Source: Escherichia coli (lineage in GTDB: Bacteria > Pseudomonadota > Gammaproteobacteria > Enterobacterales > Enterobacteriaceae). Taken from it: a stretch of 64,000 nucleotides of DNA. The number at the start of each line of letters is the position of its first letter. The first letter of the stretch is position 1. The position numbers and the translations under genes are program-made. Below are positions 40,302 through 54,653 of the stretch, one piece after another. The stretch is from assembly GCF_030384885.1 (NCBI RefSeq), contig NZ_CP128613.1; one strand, 5' to 3'. The notes below the pieces were generated by a model. It did no database searches, was not told the origin of the DNA, and saw only the letters and a program-made list of their open reading frames with translations.

Positions 40302-40730
40302 TTAATCTCCCGTAAGTGGAACTAACAGCACATCGACCTCACTTGAGGCAATCACTCTTTTCGCCGAGCAGGATGCTCGCGAAAAGAAACTGTGATTGTG
40401 ATTACCGCAAATCACCAAATCGAAATGATGTTTGCGACAAACCTCCAGAATATGTTCGCTTAACTCACCGTAGGCAATAAACGTCTCGTCAACGGGATAC
40501 CCCGCATCCTGAATTAACTTATCAAGAAAGCTTTGCGTTTCTTCCTGCATCACGCTGCGTAAATCTTCAAGCATCGGCGCGGCTAATTGATTGTACATTT
40601 CCGGGTCGGAAGCGAGAGTAATTAAACTGATGTGTCCCTTTACTGGCCTGGCGATAGATACCGCTTTTGCTAGCAGTTGCTGACTTTCCGGTGTAACCGC
40701 AACGGCGACAAGAATATTGCTATAGCTCAT
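40302..40730 (-). CDS. uspC: Universal stress protein UspC
   Basis: 142-aa ORF MSYSNILVAVAVTPESQQLLAKAVSIARPVKGHISLITLASD... Confidence 0.9.
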   Translation of the reverse strand: MSYSNILVAVAVTPESQQLLAKAVSIARPVKGHISLITLASDPEMYNQLAAPMLEDLRSVMQEETQSFLDKLIQDAGYPVDETFIAYGELSEHILEVCRKHHFDLVICGNHNHSFFSRASCSAKRVIASSEVDVLLVPLTGD

Positions 40731-41512
40731 AACCTGTTCCTTATTCTGTGAACTTCAGGTGACATTAAAGCTTTACTCCTAATGGAGAATCGACGCAATC
40801 CCAACTCAGTCAAACAGGTAAATATTAGTGTGATTATTAGTAAATACAATTAATCAATCACTCTCGGTGATCATATGATTTCAACTGTAATTATAAGAAA
40901 ATATTGTACTGATTCTCCATATTAAACAAGTGGTTAATATATCTAAAACATTTTGTTAACATTAAGTGGGTTGTTGCCTGTCTTTGCCTTTAATCAGTTT
41001 ATTGTGTTGTAAGTGCCTGTTTGTAAATAGATTAACTGATTTTGGATTTGACCAATTATTTATAGCAGATGATTATTTACGGTGAGTTATTTTAACTGTG
41101 CGAAACATCTCATTTCGATTATTACGGTTTCACTTTTGCTTACCATCGGTGTGAAAAACTTTTTAACAGATTGAAATACACCCAAAACAAAAGTATGACT
41201 TATACATTTATGTTAAGTAATTGAGTATTTTATGTGATCTGCATCACACATTATTGAAAATCGCAGTACCCCTCCGTTGTATGTGCGTGTAGTGACGAGT
41301 ACAGTTGCGTCGATTTAGGAAAAATCTTAGATAAGTGTAAAGTACCCCCTCTATTTGTAAGGACCTATTAAACCCAATAAGGTGGGGGCTGTTTTATTGC
41401 AGCTTATCGCAACTATTCTAATGCTAATTACTTTTTACCGGGGCTTCCCGGCGACATCACGGGGTGCGGTGAGACCGCATAAAAATAAAGTTGGTTATTC
41501 TGGGTGGGAATA
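40731..41512. promoter_or_regulatory. flhDC master-operon control region (class 1 promoter with multiple regulator inputs by established knowledge); no IS element inserted here
   Basis: About 780 bp AT-rich non-coding region upstream of flhD containing a consensus CRP site. Confidence 0.6.
41233..41248. promoter_or_regulatory. CRP-binding site in the flhDC promoter
   Basis: TGTGA-tctgca-TCACA, a perfect match to the CRP half-site consensus. Confidence 0.7.
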
Positions 41513-41863
41513 ATGCATACCTCCGAGTTGCTGAAACACATTTATGACATCAACTTGTCATATTTACTACTTGCACAGCGTCTGATTGTTCAGGACAAAG
41601 CGTCCGCAATGTTTCGTCTCGGCATAAATGAAGAAATGGCGACAACGTTAGCGGCACTGACTCTTCCGCAAATGGTTAAGCTGGCAGAAACCAATCAACT
41701 GGTTTGTCACTTTCGTTTTGACAGCCACCAGACGATTACTCAGTTGACGCAAGATTCCCGCGTTGACGATCTCCAGCAAATTCATACCGGCATCATGCTC
41801 TCAACACGCTTGCTGAATGATGTTAATCAGCCTGAAGAATCGCTGCGCAAGAAAAGGGCGTGA
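41513..41863 (+). CDS. flhD: Flagellar master regulator subunit FlhD
   Basis: 116-aa product [37 protein letters not shown]...; the track ORF starts 3 codons earlier at 41504 (MGIMHT...). Confidence 0.92.
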
Positions 41864-41865
41864 TC

Positions 41866-42444
41866 ATGAGTGAAAAAAGCATTGTTCAGGAAGCGCGGGA
41901 TATTCAGCTGGCAATGGAATTGATCACCCTGGGCGCTCGTTTGCAGATGCTGGAAAGCGAAACACAGTTAAGTCGCGGACGCCTGATAAAACTCTATAAA
42001 GAACTGCGCGGAAGCCCACCGCCGAAAGGCATGCTGCCATTCTCAACCGACTGGTTTATGACCTGGGAACAAAACGTTCATGCTTCGATGTTCTGTAACG
42101 CATGGCAGTTTTTACTGAAAACCGGCTTGTGTAATGGCGTCGATGCGGTAATCAAAGCCTACCGTTTATACCTTGAACAGTGCCCGCAAGCAGAAGAAGG
42201 ACCGCTACTGGCATTAACCCGTGCCTGGACATTGGTACGGTTTGTTGAAAGTGGATTACTGCAACTTTCCAGCTGCAACTGCTGCGGCGGCAATTTTATT
42301 ACCCACGCTCACCAGCCTGTTGGCAGCTTTGCCTGCAGCTTATGTCAGCCGCCATCCCGGGCAGTAAAAAGACGTAAACTTTCCCAGAATCCTGCCGATA
42401 TTATCCCACAACTGCTGGATGAACAGAGAGTACAGGCTGTTTAA
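41866..42444 (+). CDS. flhC: Flagellar master regulator subunit FlhC
   Basis: 192-aa product [35 protein letters not shown]... with Cys4 zinc site (...CNCCGGNF...CSLCQPP...). Confidence 0.93.
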
Positions 42445-42469
42445 CTGATACGGTGTGGCGAAACATTCC

Positions 42470-42503
42470 AGCAGCGGTAACGACGTACCGCTGCTTTTTT
42501 TTG
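42470..42503 (+). terminator. Rho-independent terminator after flhC
   Basis: agcagcggta-acgacg-taccgctgct (10-bp perfect stem) followed by tttttttt. Confidence 0.8.
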
Positions 42504-42570
42504 CCCCAATCGCGCGTTAACGTCTGACGACTGAACATCCTGTCATGGTCAACAGTGGAAGGATGATGTC

Positions 42571-43454
42571 GTGCTTATCTTATTAGGTTACCTGGTTGTT
42601 CTCGGTACAGTTTTCGGCGGTTATCTGATGACCGGTGGAAGCCTTGGAGCACTCTATCAACCCGCTGAACTGGTGATTATTGCCGGTGCAGGGATTGGGT
42701 CGTTTATCGTCGGCAATAATGGCAAAGCGATTAAAGGCACGCTGAAGGCGCTGCCGTTACTATTTCGTCGCTCCAAATATACCAAAGCAATGTATATGGA
42801 TCTGCTGGCTCTGCTTTATCGGTTGATGGCGAAATCGCGGCAGATGGGGATGTTTTCGCTGGAACGCGATATTGAAAATCCCCGTGAGAGCGAGATCTTC
42901 GCCAGCTACCCACGCATCCTTGCGGATAGCGTCATGCTTGATTTTATCGTCGATTATCTGCGCCTGATTATCAGCGGTCACATGAATACCTTCGAAATTG
43001 AAGCCCTGATGGATGAAGAGATTGAGACGCACGAAAGCGAAGCAGAAGTCCCAGCGAACAGTCTGGCATTGGTCGGGGACTCACTTCCGGCGTTTGGTAT
43101 TGTCGCGGCTGTGATGGGGGTCGTTCACGCGTTAGGTTCAGCCGATCGTCCTGCCGCCGAGCTGGGGGCGCTTATCGCACATGCGATGGTGGGGACTTTC
43201 CTCGGTATTTTATTGGCTTACGGATTTATTTCCCCATTAGCGAGTGTTTTACGTCAGAAAAGCGCCGAAACCAGCAAAATGATGCAATGCGTGAAAGTCA
43301 CACTGCTTTCTAATCTGAACGGTTACGCACCGCCTATCGCCGTTGAGTTTGGTCGCAAAACGCTCTATTCCAGCGAACGTCCGTCGTTTATTGAACTGGA
43401 AGAGCATGTGCGTGCGGTGAAAAATCCGCAACAACAGACGACAACCGAGGAAGC

Positions 43455-43458
<4 letters not shown>
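42571..43458 (+). CDS. motA: Flagellar stator protein MotA
   Basis: 295-aa ORF from GTG at 42571, [34 protein letters not shown]... Confidence 0.93.
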
Positions 43459-46350
<2,892 letters not shown>

Positions 46351-46370
46351 ATGAGTAAAAAGGTAACAAT

Positions 46371-46874
46371 ATGACCGGTATGACGAATGTAACAAAGCTG
46401 GCCAGCGAGCCGTCAGGCCAGGAATTCCTGGTATTTACCCTTGGTGACGAAGAGTACGGTATTGATATTCTGAAAGTGCAGGAGATCCGTGGCTATGATC
46501 AGGTAACACGGATTGCGAACACGCCAGCGTTTATCAAAGGTGTCACTAATCTGCGCGGTGTTATTGTGCCGATTGTCGACTTACGAATTAAGTTCAGTCA
46601 GGTGGATGTGGACTATAACGACAACACAGTAGTTATCGTCCTGAATCTCGGGCAGCGGGTAGTCGGCATCGTGGTTGACGGCGTCTCAGATGTGCTTTCA
46701 TTGACGGCGGAGCAAATTCGTCCGGCACCGGAATTTGCCGTGACGCTTTCAACAGAATATCTCACTGGACTCGGCGCACTGGGCGACCGCATGTTGATTC
46801 TGGTGAACATTGAAAAACTGCTGAACAGTGAAGAGATGGCGCTGTTAGATAGCGCGGCGTCAGAAGTGGCGTAA
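46371..46874 (+). CDS. cheW: Chemotaxis coupling protein CheW
   Basis: 167-aa [45 protein letters not shown]... Confidence 0.95.
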
Positions 46875-46902
46875 TTATCCCGATTTCCTCAATTGAAATG
46901 AA

Positions 46903-46929
46903 CCCGATGATCTGCGCATCGGGTTTTTT
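46903..46929 (+). terminator. Rho-independent terminator after cheW
   Basis: cccgatg-atctgcg-catcggg followed by tttttt. Confidence 0.75.
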
Positions 46930-46960
46930 ATGTCAATTTTGCGGTGGATGGCATCATTAA

Positions 46961-46987
46961 TAAAGTTTCCCTCCTTCTTGCCGATAA
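46961..46987 (+). promoter_or_regulatory. sigma28 (FliA) promoter of the tar-tap-cheRBYZ (meche) operon
   Basis: TAAAGTTT-N11-GCCGATAA, exact match to the sigma28 consensus, about 30 nt upstream of the tar ATG. Confidence 0.8.
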
Positions 46988-47018
46988 CGAGATCAACTTG
47001 TTTTCAGGAAGGTGCCTT

Positions 47019-48680
47019 ATGATTAACCGTATCCGCGTAGTCACGCTGTTGGTAATGGTGCTGGGGGTATTCGCACTGTTACAACTTATTTCCGGCAGTC
47101 TGTTTTTTTCCTCCCTTCACCATAGCCAGAAGAGCTTTGTGGTTTCCAATCAATTACGGGAACAGCAGGGCGAGCTGACGTCAACCTGGGATTTAATGCT
47201 GCAAACGCGCATTAACCTGAGTCGATCAGCGGTGCGGATGATGATGGATTCCTCCAATCAACAAAGTAACGCCAAAGTTGAATTGCTCGATAGCGCCAGG
47301 AAAACTTTGGCCCAGGCCGCGACACATTATAAAAAATTCAAAAGCATGGCGCCGTTACCTGAAATGGTCGCTACCAGTCGTAATATTGATGAAAAATATA
47401 AAAACTATCACACAGCATTAACTGAACTGATTGATTATCTTGATTATGGCAATACTGGAGCTTATTTCGCTCAGCCAACCCAGGGAATGCAAAATGCAAT
47501 GGGCGAAGCGTTTGCTCAGTACGCCCTCAGCAGTGAAAAAATGTATCGCGATATCGTCACTGACAACGCAGATGATTATCGATTTGCCCAGTGGCAACTG
47601 GCGGTTATCGCGCTGGTGGTGGTAATGATTCTGCTGGTGGCGTGGTACGGCATTCGCCGTATGTTGCTTACACCGCTGGCAAAAATTATTGCTCATATTC
47701 GCGAAATCGCCGGTGGTAACCTGGCGAATACCCTGACCATTGATGGGCGCAGTGAAATGGGCGATCTGGCGCAGAGCGTCTCACATATGCAACGCTCTTT
47801 GACTGACACCGTCACTCATGTGCGCGAAGGCTCTGATGCCATCTATGCTGGCACCCGTGAAATTGCGGCGGGCAATACCGATCTTTCTTCCCGTACTGAA
47901 CAGCAAGCATCCGCGCTGGAAGAAACTGCCGCCAGCATGGAGCAGCTCACCGCGACAGTGAAGCAAAACGCCGATAACGCCCGCCAGGCCTCACAACTGG
48001 CGCAAAGTGCCTCCGACACCGCCCAGCATGGCGGCAAAGTGGTGGATGGTGTAGTGAAAACGATGCATGAGATCGCCGATAGTTCGAAGAAAATTGCCGA
48101 CATTATCAGCGTTATCGACGGTATTGCCTTCCAGACTAATATCCTCGCGCTGAATGCCGCTGTTGAAGCCGCGCGAGCGGGTGAACAAGGCCGTGGTTTT
48201 GCCGTGGTGGCGGGCGAAGTGCGTAATCTTGCCAGTCGCAGCGCCCAGGCGGCAAAAGAGATCAAAGCACTTATTGAAGACTCCGTTTCGCGCGTTGATA
48301 CCGGTTCGGTGCTGGTCGAAAGCGCCGGGGAAACAATGAACAATATCGTCAATGCTGTCACTCGCGTGACTGACATTATGGGCGAGATTGCATCGGCATC
48401 AGATGAACAGAGCCGCGGCATCGATCAAGTCGCATTGGCGGTTTCGGAAATGGATCGCGTCACGCAACAGAACGCATCGCTGGTGCAGGAATCAGCTGCT
48501 GCCGCCGCTGCGCTGGAAGAACAGGCCAGTCGTTTAACACAAGCGGTTTCTGCGTTCCATCTGGCAGCCAGCCCACTCACCAATAAAACGCAAACATCAT
48601 CTCGTCCTGCCAGTGAGCAACCACCGGCACAGCCACGACTGCGAATTGCTGAACAAGATCCAAACTGGGAAACATTTTAA
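47019..48680 (+). CDS. tar: Methyl-accepting chemotaxis protein II (aspartate/maltose chemoreceptor) Tar
   Basis: 553-aa product [30 protein letters not shown]..., C-terminal NWETF pentapeptide; the track ORF 46944..48680 has an upstream extension. Confidence 0.93.
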   Translation: MINRIRVVTLLVMVLGVFALLQLISGSLFFSSLHHSQKSFVVSNQLREQQGELTSTWDLMLQTRINLSRSAVRMMMDSSNQQSNAKVELLDSARKTLAQAATHYKKFKSMAPLPEMVATSRNIDEKYKNYHTALTELIDYLDYGNTGAYFAQPTQGMQNAMGEAFAQYALSSEKMYRDIVTDNADDYRFAQWQLAVIALVVVMILLVAWYGIRRMLLTPLAKIIAHIREIAGGNLANTLTIDGRSEMGDLAQSVSHMQRSLTDTVTHVREGSDAIYAGTREIAAGNTDLSSRTEQQASALEETAASMEQLTATVKQNADNARQASQLAQSASDTAQHGGKVVDGVVKTMHEIADSSKKIADIISVIDGIAFQTNILALNAAVEAARAGEQGRGFAVVAGEVRNLASRSAQAAKEIKALIEDSVSRVDTGSVLVESAGETMNNIVNAVTRVTDIMGEIASASDEQSRGIDQVALAVSEMDRVTQQNASLVQESAAAAAALEEQASRLTQAVSAFHLAASPLTNKTQTSSRPASEQPPAQPRLRIAEQDPNWETF

Positions 48681-48725
48681 CGAGCATTGACTAACGCGGT
48701 CATTGCCGCCTGATGGGGAGCGTTG

Positions 48726-50327
48726 ATGTTTAATCGTATTCGAATTTCGACCACGCTGTTTTTAATTTTGATTCTCTGCGGGATCTTGCAGATTGGCAGT
48801 AACGGCATGTCTTTTTGGGCATTTCGCGATGATTTGCAACGATTGAATCAGGTCGAGCAGAGCAATCAGCAACGTGCGGCATTAGCGCAAACTCGGGCGG
48901 TGATGTTACAGGCCAGCACCGCGCTGAATAAAGCGGGCACTCTGACGGCGCTTAGCTATCCGGCAGATGACATTAAAACGTTGATGACGACGGCGCGCGC
49001 CAGTCTGACGCAATCCTCTACGTTATTTAAAAGTTTTATGGCGATGACTGCGGGCAACGAGCACGTCAGGGCGTTGCAAAAAGAGACGGAGAAAAGTTTT
49101 GCCCGCTGGCACAACGATCTCGAACATCAGGCGACCTGGCTTGAAAGTAATCAACTTTCGGATTTCCTCACTGCGCCGGTGCAGGAATCACAGAATGCGT
49201 TTGACGTTAACTTTGAGGCCTGGCAGCAGGAGATCAACCATGTGCTGGAAGCCGCCAGTGCGCAAAGCCAGCGTAACTATCAGATTTCGGCGCTGGTGTT
49301 TATCAGCATGATTATTGTTGCAGCGCTCTACATCAGCAGTGCGCTGTGGTGGACGCGCAAGATGATTGTTCAACCACTGGCCATCATCGGTAGCCATTTT
49401 GACAGCATTGCTGCGGGTAATCTGGCGCGTCCGATTGCGGTATATGGTCGCAATGAGATCACCGCCATTTTTGCCAGCCTGAAGACCATGCAGCAGGCTT
49501 TACGTGGGACGGTGAGTGATGTGCGTAAGGGAAGCCAGGAGATGCACATTGGTATCGCGGAGATTGTCGCAGGCAATAACGATCTCTCAAGTCGTACCGA
49601 ACAGCAGGCGGCATCGTTGTCACAAACGGCCGCCAGTATGGAGCAATTAACCGCCACGGTAGGGCAAAACGCCGATAACGCGCGACAGGCGTCGGAACTG
49701 GCAAAAAAAGCCGCCACAACGGCGCAGGCGGGGGGTGTCCAGGTCAGTACCATGACTCACACCATGCAGGAAATCGCCACCAGCTCGCAAAAAATTGGCG
49801 ACATTATCAGCGTTATCGACGGCATTGCTTTCCAGACCAATATTCTGGCGCTGAATGCGGCAGTGGAAGCGGCTCGCGCCGGAGAGCAGGGGCGTGGTTT
49901 TGCGGTAGTGGCAGGTGAAGTGCGCAATCTTGCCAGCCGTAGCGCCCAGGCGGCAAAAGAGATCAAAGGACTGATCGAAGAGTCTGTCAATCGTGTCCAG
50001 CAGGGTTCGAAACTGGTGAATAACGCCGCCGCGACCATGACCGATATTGTCAGTTCAGTAACCCGCGTGAACGACATTATGGGAGAAATTGCCTCGGCGT
50101 CGGAAGAACAACGGCGTGGGATTGAACAAGTTGCACAGGCTGTTAGCCAGATGGATCAGGTGACACAGCAGAACGCCTCGCTGGTAGAAGAAGCGGCGGC
50201 GGCAACGGAACAACTGGCGAACCAGGCTGACAATCTTTCGTCGCGCGTGGCGGCATTTACCCTTGAAGAACATGAAGTAGCAAGACATGAGTCGGCGCAG
50301 TTACAGATTGCGCCAGTGGTATCCTGA
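48726..50327 (+). CDS. tap: Methyl-accepting chemotaxis protein IV (dipeptide/pyrimidine chemoreceptor) Tap
   Basis: 533-aa product MFNRIRISTTLFLILILCGILQIGSNGMSFWAF...; lacks the C-terminal NWETF. Confidence 0.93.
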   Translation: MFNRIRISTTLFLILILCGILQIGSNGMSFWAFRDDLQRLNQVEQSNQQRAALAQTRAVMLQASTALNKAGTLTALSYPADDIKTLMTTARASLTQSSTLFKSFMAMTAGNEHVRALQKETEKSFARWHNDLEHQATWLESNQLSDFLTAPVQESQNAFDVNFEAWQQEINHVLEAASAQSQRNYQISALVFISMIIVAALYISSALWWTRKMIVQPLAIIGSHFDSIAAGNLARPIAVYGRNEITAIFASLKTMQQALRGTVSDVRKGSQEMHIGIAEIVAGNNDLSSRTEQQAASLSQTAASMEQLTATVGQNADNARQASELAKKAATTAQAGGVQVSTMTHTMQEIATSSQKIGDIISVIDGIAFQTNILALNAAVEAARAGEQGRGFAVVAGEVRNLASRSAQAAKEIKGLIEESVNRVQQGSKLVNNAAATMTDIVSSVTRVNDIMGEIASASEEQRRGIEQVAQAVSQMDQVTQQNASLVEEAAAATEQLANQADNLSSRVAAFTLEEHEVARHESAQLQIAPVVS

Positions 50328-50345
50328 AGTGATTGAGAAGGCGCT

Positions 50346-51206
50346 ATGACTTCATCTCTGCCCTGTGGGCAAACGTCTTTATTGTTACAGATGACCGAGC
50401 GCCTGGCGCTTTCCGACGCGCATTTTCGGCGGATAAGTCAATTGATCTATCAACGAGCCGGGATCGTCCTGGCCGACCATAAACGCGATATGGTCTACAA
50501 CCGATTAGTTCGTCGCTTGCGTTCGCTGGGACTGACAGATTTCGGCCATTACTTGAACTTGCTGGAATCTAATCAGCACAGCGGTGAGTGGCAGGCGTTT
50601 ATCAATTCGCTGACCACGAATCTGACAGCATTTTTCCGTGAGGCACACCATTTTCCTCTGCTCGCGGATCATGCCCGGCGTCGTTCTGGCGAGTATCGTG
50701 TATGGAGCGCGGCGGCTTCGACCGGCGAAGAACCGTACAGCATTGCGATGACACTGGCTGACACATTGGGCACCGCGCCCGGACGCTGGAAAGTGTTTGC
50801 CAGCGACATTGACACCGAAGTGCTGGAAAAAGCCAGAAGCGGTATTTATCGCCATGAAGAGTTGAAAAACCTGACGCCGCAGCAACTGCAGCGGTACTTC
50901 ATGCGGGGGACGGGACCGCATGAAGGATTGGTGCGTGTGCGTCAGGAGCTGGCGAACTATGTTGATTTTGCCCCGCTGAATTTACTGGCGAAACAATACA
51001 CCGTGCCGGGGCCGTTTGATGCGATCTTCTGTCGTAACGTCATGATCTACTTCGATCAAACTACCCAGCAGGAGATTTTGCGCCGCTTTGTTCCGCTCCT
51101 TAAACCCGACGGATTGCTGTTTGCGGGTCACTCTGAAAACTTTAGCCACCTTGAGCGCCGCTTCACGCTGCGTGGTCAGACGGTGTATGCGCTAAGTAAG
51201 GATTAA
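50346..51206 (+). CDS. cheR: Chemotaxis methyltransferase CheR
   Basis: 286-aa [45 protein letters not shown]... Confidence 0.95.
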
Positions 51207-51208
51207 CG

Positions 51209-52662
<1,454 letters not shown>

Positions 52663-52672
52663 GGATGCGACT

Positions 52673-53317
52673 ATGATGCAACCATCAATCAAACCTGCTG
52701 ACGAGCATTCAGCTGGCGATATCATTGCGCGCATCGGCAGCCTGACGCGTATGTTGCGCGACAGTTTGCGCGAGCTGGGGCTGGATCAGGCAATTGCCGA
52801 AGCGGCGGAAGCCATCCCCGATGCCCGCGATCGTTTGTACTATGTTGTGCAGATGACTGCCCAGGCTGCAGAGCGGGCGCTGAACAGTGTTGAAGCGTCA
52901 CAACCACATCAAGATCAAATGGAGAAATCAGCAAAAGCATTAACCCAACGTTGGGATGACTGGTTTGCCGATCCGATTGACCTTGCCGGTGCCCGTGAAC
53001 TGGTGACAGATACGCGGCAATTTCTGGCAGATGTCCCCGCGCATACCAGCTTTACTAACGCGCAACTGCTGGAAATCATGATGGCGCAGGATTTTCAGGA
53101 TCTCACCGGACAGGTCATTAAGCGGATGATGGATGTCATTCAGGAGATCGAACGTCAATTGCTGATGGTGCTGTTGGAAAACATCCCGGAACAGGAGTCG
53201 CGTCCAAAACGTGAAAACCAGAGTTTGCTTAATGGACCTCAGGTTGATACCAGCAAAGCCGGTGTGGTAGCCAGTCAGGATCAGGTGGACGATTTGTTGG
53301 ATAGTCTTGGATTTTGA
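52673..53317 (+). CDS. cheZ: CheY-phosphate phosphatase CheZ
   Basis: 214-aa product [36 protein letters not shown]... within track ORF 52643..53317. Confidence 0.93.
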   Translation: MMQPSIKPADEHSAGDIIARIGSLTRMLRDSLRELGLDQAIAEAAEAIPDARDRLYYVVQMTAQAAERALNSVEASQPHQDQMEKSAKALTQRWDDWFADPIDLAGARELVTDTRQFLADVPAHTSFTNAQLLEIMMAQDFQDLTGQVIKRMMDVIQEIERQLLMVLLENIPEQESRPKRENQSLLNGPQVDTSKAGVVASQDQVDDLLDSLGF

Positions 53318-53325
53318 TTTGTATT

Positions 53326-53378
53326 GCCTGATGTGGCGTAACCGCGTCATATCAGGCGATGACGCCGCATCCGACAAA
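53326..53378. repeat. REP/BIME-like palindromic element after cheZ
   Basis: gcctgatgtggcgtaaccgcgtcatatcaggc, then an inverted REP-like unit gacgccgcatccgaca; resembles the E. coli REP consensus. Confidence 0.5.
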
Positions 53379-53504
53379 CGCACACCATGCTTGATGTGTG
53401 CAGCAAAAGCCCTAAATCCCCCCTGTTTTGCCCCTTACTCAGACCATTGAACGCTTTTCGCTCTGGCATCATTCACGCTTAATACTCTTTCCAGGATTGG
53501 CGAC

Positions 53505-54653
53505 GTGTCTGACGAGAGCGACGACAAAACAGAAGCCCCCACACCCCACCGACTTGAAAAAGCGCGGGAGGAGGGGCAGATCCCGCGTTCCCGTGAACTG
53601 ACCTCACTGCTGATTTTGTTGGTGGGCGTCTGTGTTATCTGGTTTGGCGGTGTGTCGCTGGCCCGTCGATTGTCGGGCATGCTCTCCGCTGGGCTGCATT
53701 TTGATCACAATATTATCAATGACCCGAATCTGATCCTCGGGCAGATTATTCTGCTGATCAGAGAAGCCATGTTGGGGCTGCTGCCGCTGATTAGCGGCGT
53801 GGTGCTGGTGGCGCTCATTTCTCCGGTCATGCTGGGGGGGCTGGTATTTAGCGGCAAATCCTTGCAGCCAAAGTTTTCCAAACTCAACCCGCTACCGGGA
53901 ATTAAACGGATGTTCTCGGCACAGACTGGCGCGGAGTTGCTTAAAGCGATTTTGAAAACCATCCTGGTTGGCAGCGTGACGGGGTTTTATCTCTGGCATC
54001 ACTGGCCGCAGATGATGCGCTTAATGGCTGAGTCTCCGATTACTGCCATGGGTAATGCGATGGATCTGGTTGGGCTATGCGCACTGCTGGTGGTGCTTGG
54101 TGTTATTCCGATGGTGGGATTTGACGTCTTTTTCCAAATCTTTAGCCACCTGAAAAAACTGCGTATGTCGCGGCAGGATATTCGTGATGAGTTTAAACAA
54201 AGCGAAGGCGACCCTCATGTTAAGGGGCGGATCCGTCAGATGCAGCGAGCTGCCGCACGGCGTCGGATGATGAACGATGTGCCGAAAGCGGATGTCATTG
54301 TCAATAACCCGACCCACTATTCGGTAGCGTTGCAGTATGACGAACACAAAATGAGCGCACCGAAAGTGGTCGCTAAAGGTGCAGGGCTGGTCGCACTGCG
54401 CATTCGTGAAATTGGCGCTGAAAATAACGTCCCTACGCTTGAAGCGCCGCCGCTGGCGCGAGCGCTGTATCGACATGCGGAGATCGGTCAACAAATCCCA
54501 GGCCAACTGTACGCCGCAGTGGCGGAAGTGCTGGCCTGGGTCTGGCAACTGAAACGCTGGCGTCTGGCTGGTGGACAGCGCCCTGTACAACCTACTCATC
54601 TTCCGGTGCCGGAAGCCCTGGATTTTATTAACGAGAAACCGACCCATGAGTAA
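53505..54653 (+). CDS. flhB: Flagellar export apparatus protein FlhB
   Basis: 382-aa ORF from GTG at 53505, MSDESDDKTEAPTPHRLEKAREEGQIPRSRELTSLLILLVG...; NPTH autocleavage motif present. Confidence 0.93.
   Translation: MSDESDDKTEAPTPHRLEKAREEGQIPRSRELTSLLILLVGVCVIWFGGVSLARRLSGMLSAGLHFDHNIINDPNLILGQIILLIREAMLGLLPLISGVVLVALISPVMLGGLVFSGKSLQPKFSKLNPLPGIKRMFSAQTGAELLKAILKTILVGSVTGFYLWHHWPQMMRLMAESPITAMGNAMDLVGLCALLVVLGVIPMVGFDVFFQIFSHLKKLRMSRQDIRDEFKQSEGDPHVKGRIRQMQRAAARRRMMNDVPKADVIVNNPTHYSVALQYDEHKMSAPKVVAKGAGLVALRIREIGAENNVPTLEAPPLARALYRHAEIGQQIPGQLYAAVAEVLAWVWQLKRWRLAGGQRPVQPTHLPVPEALDFINEKPTHE

Noticed and set aside
40731-41512. IS insertion in the flhDC upstream region (known from some K-12 stocks)
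   Set aside because: The uspC-flhD interval is continuous AT-rich regulatory DNA with no transposase ORF or terminal inverted repeats.
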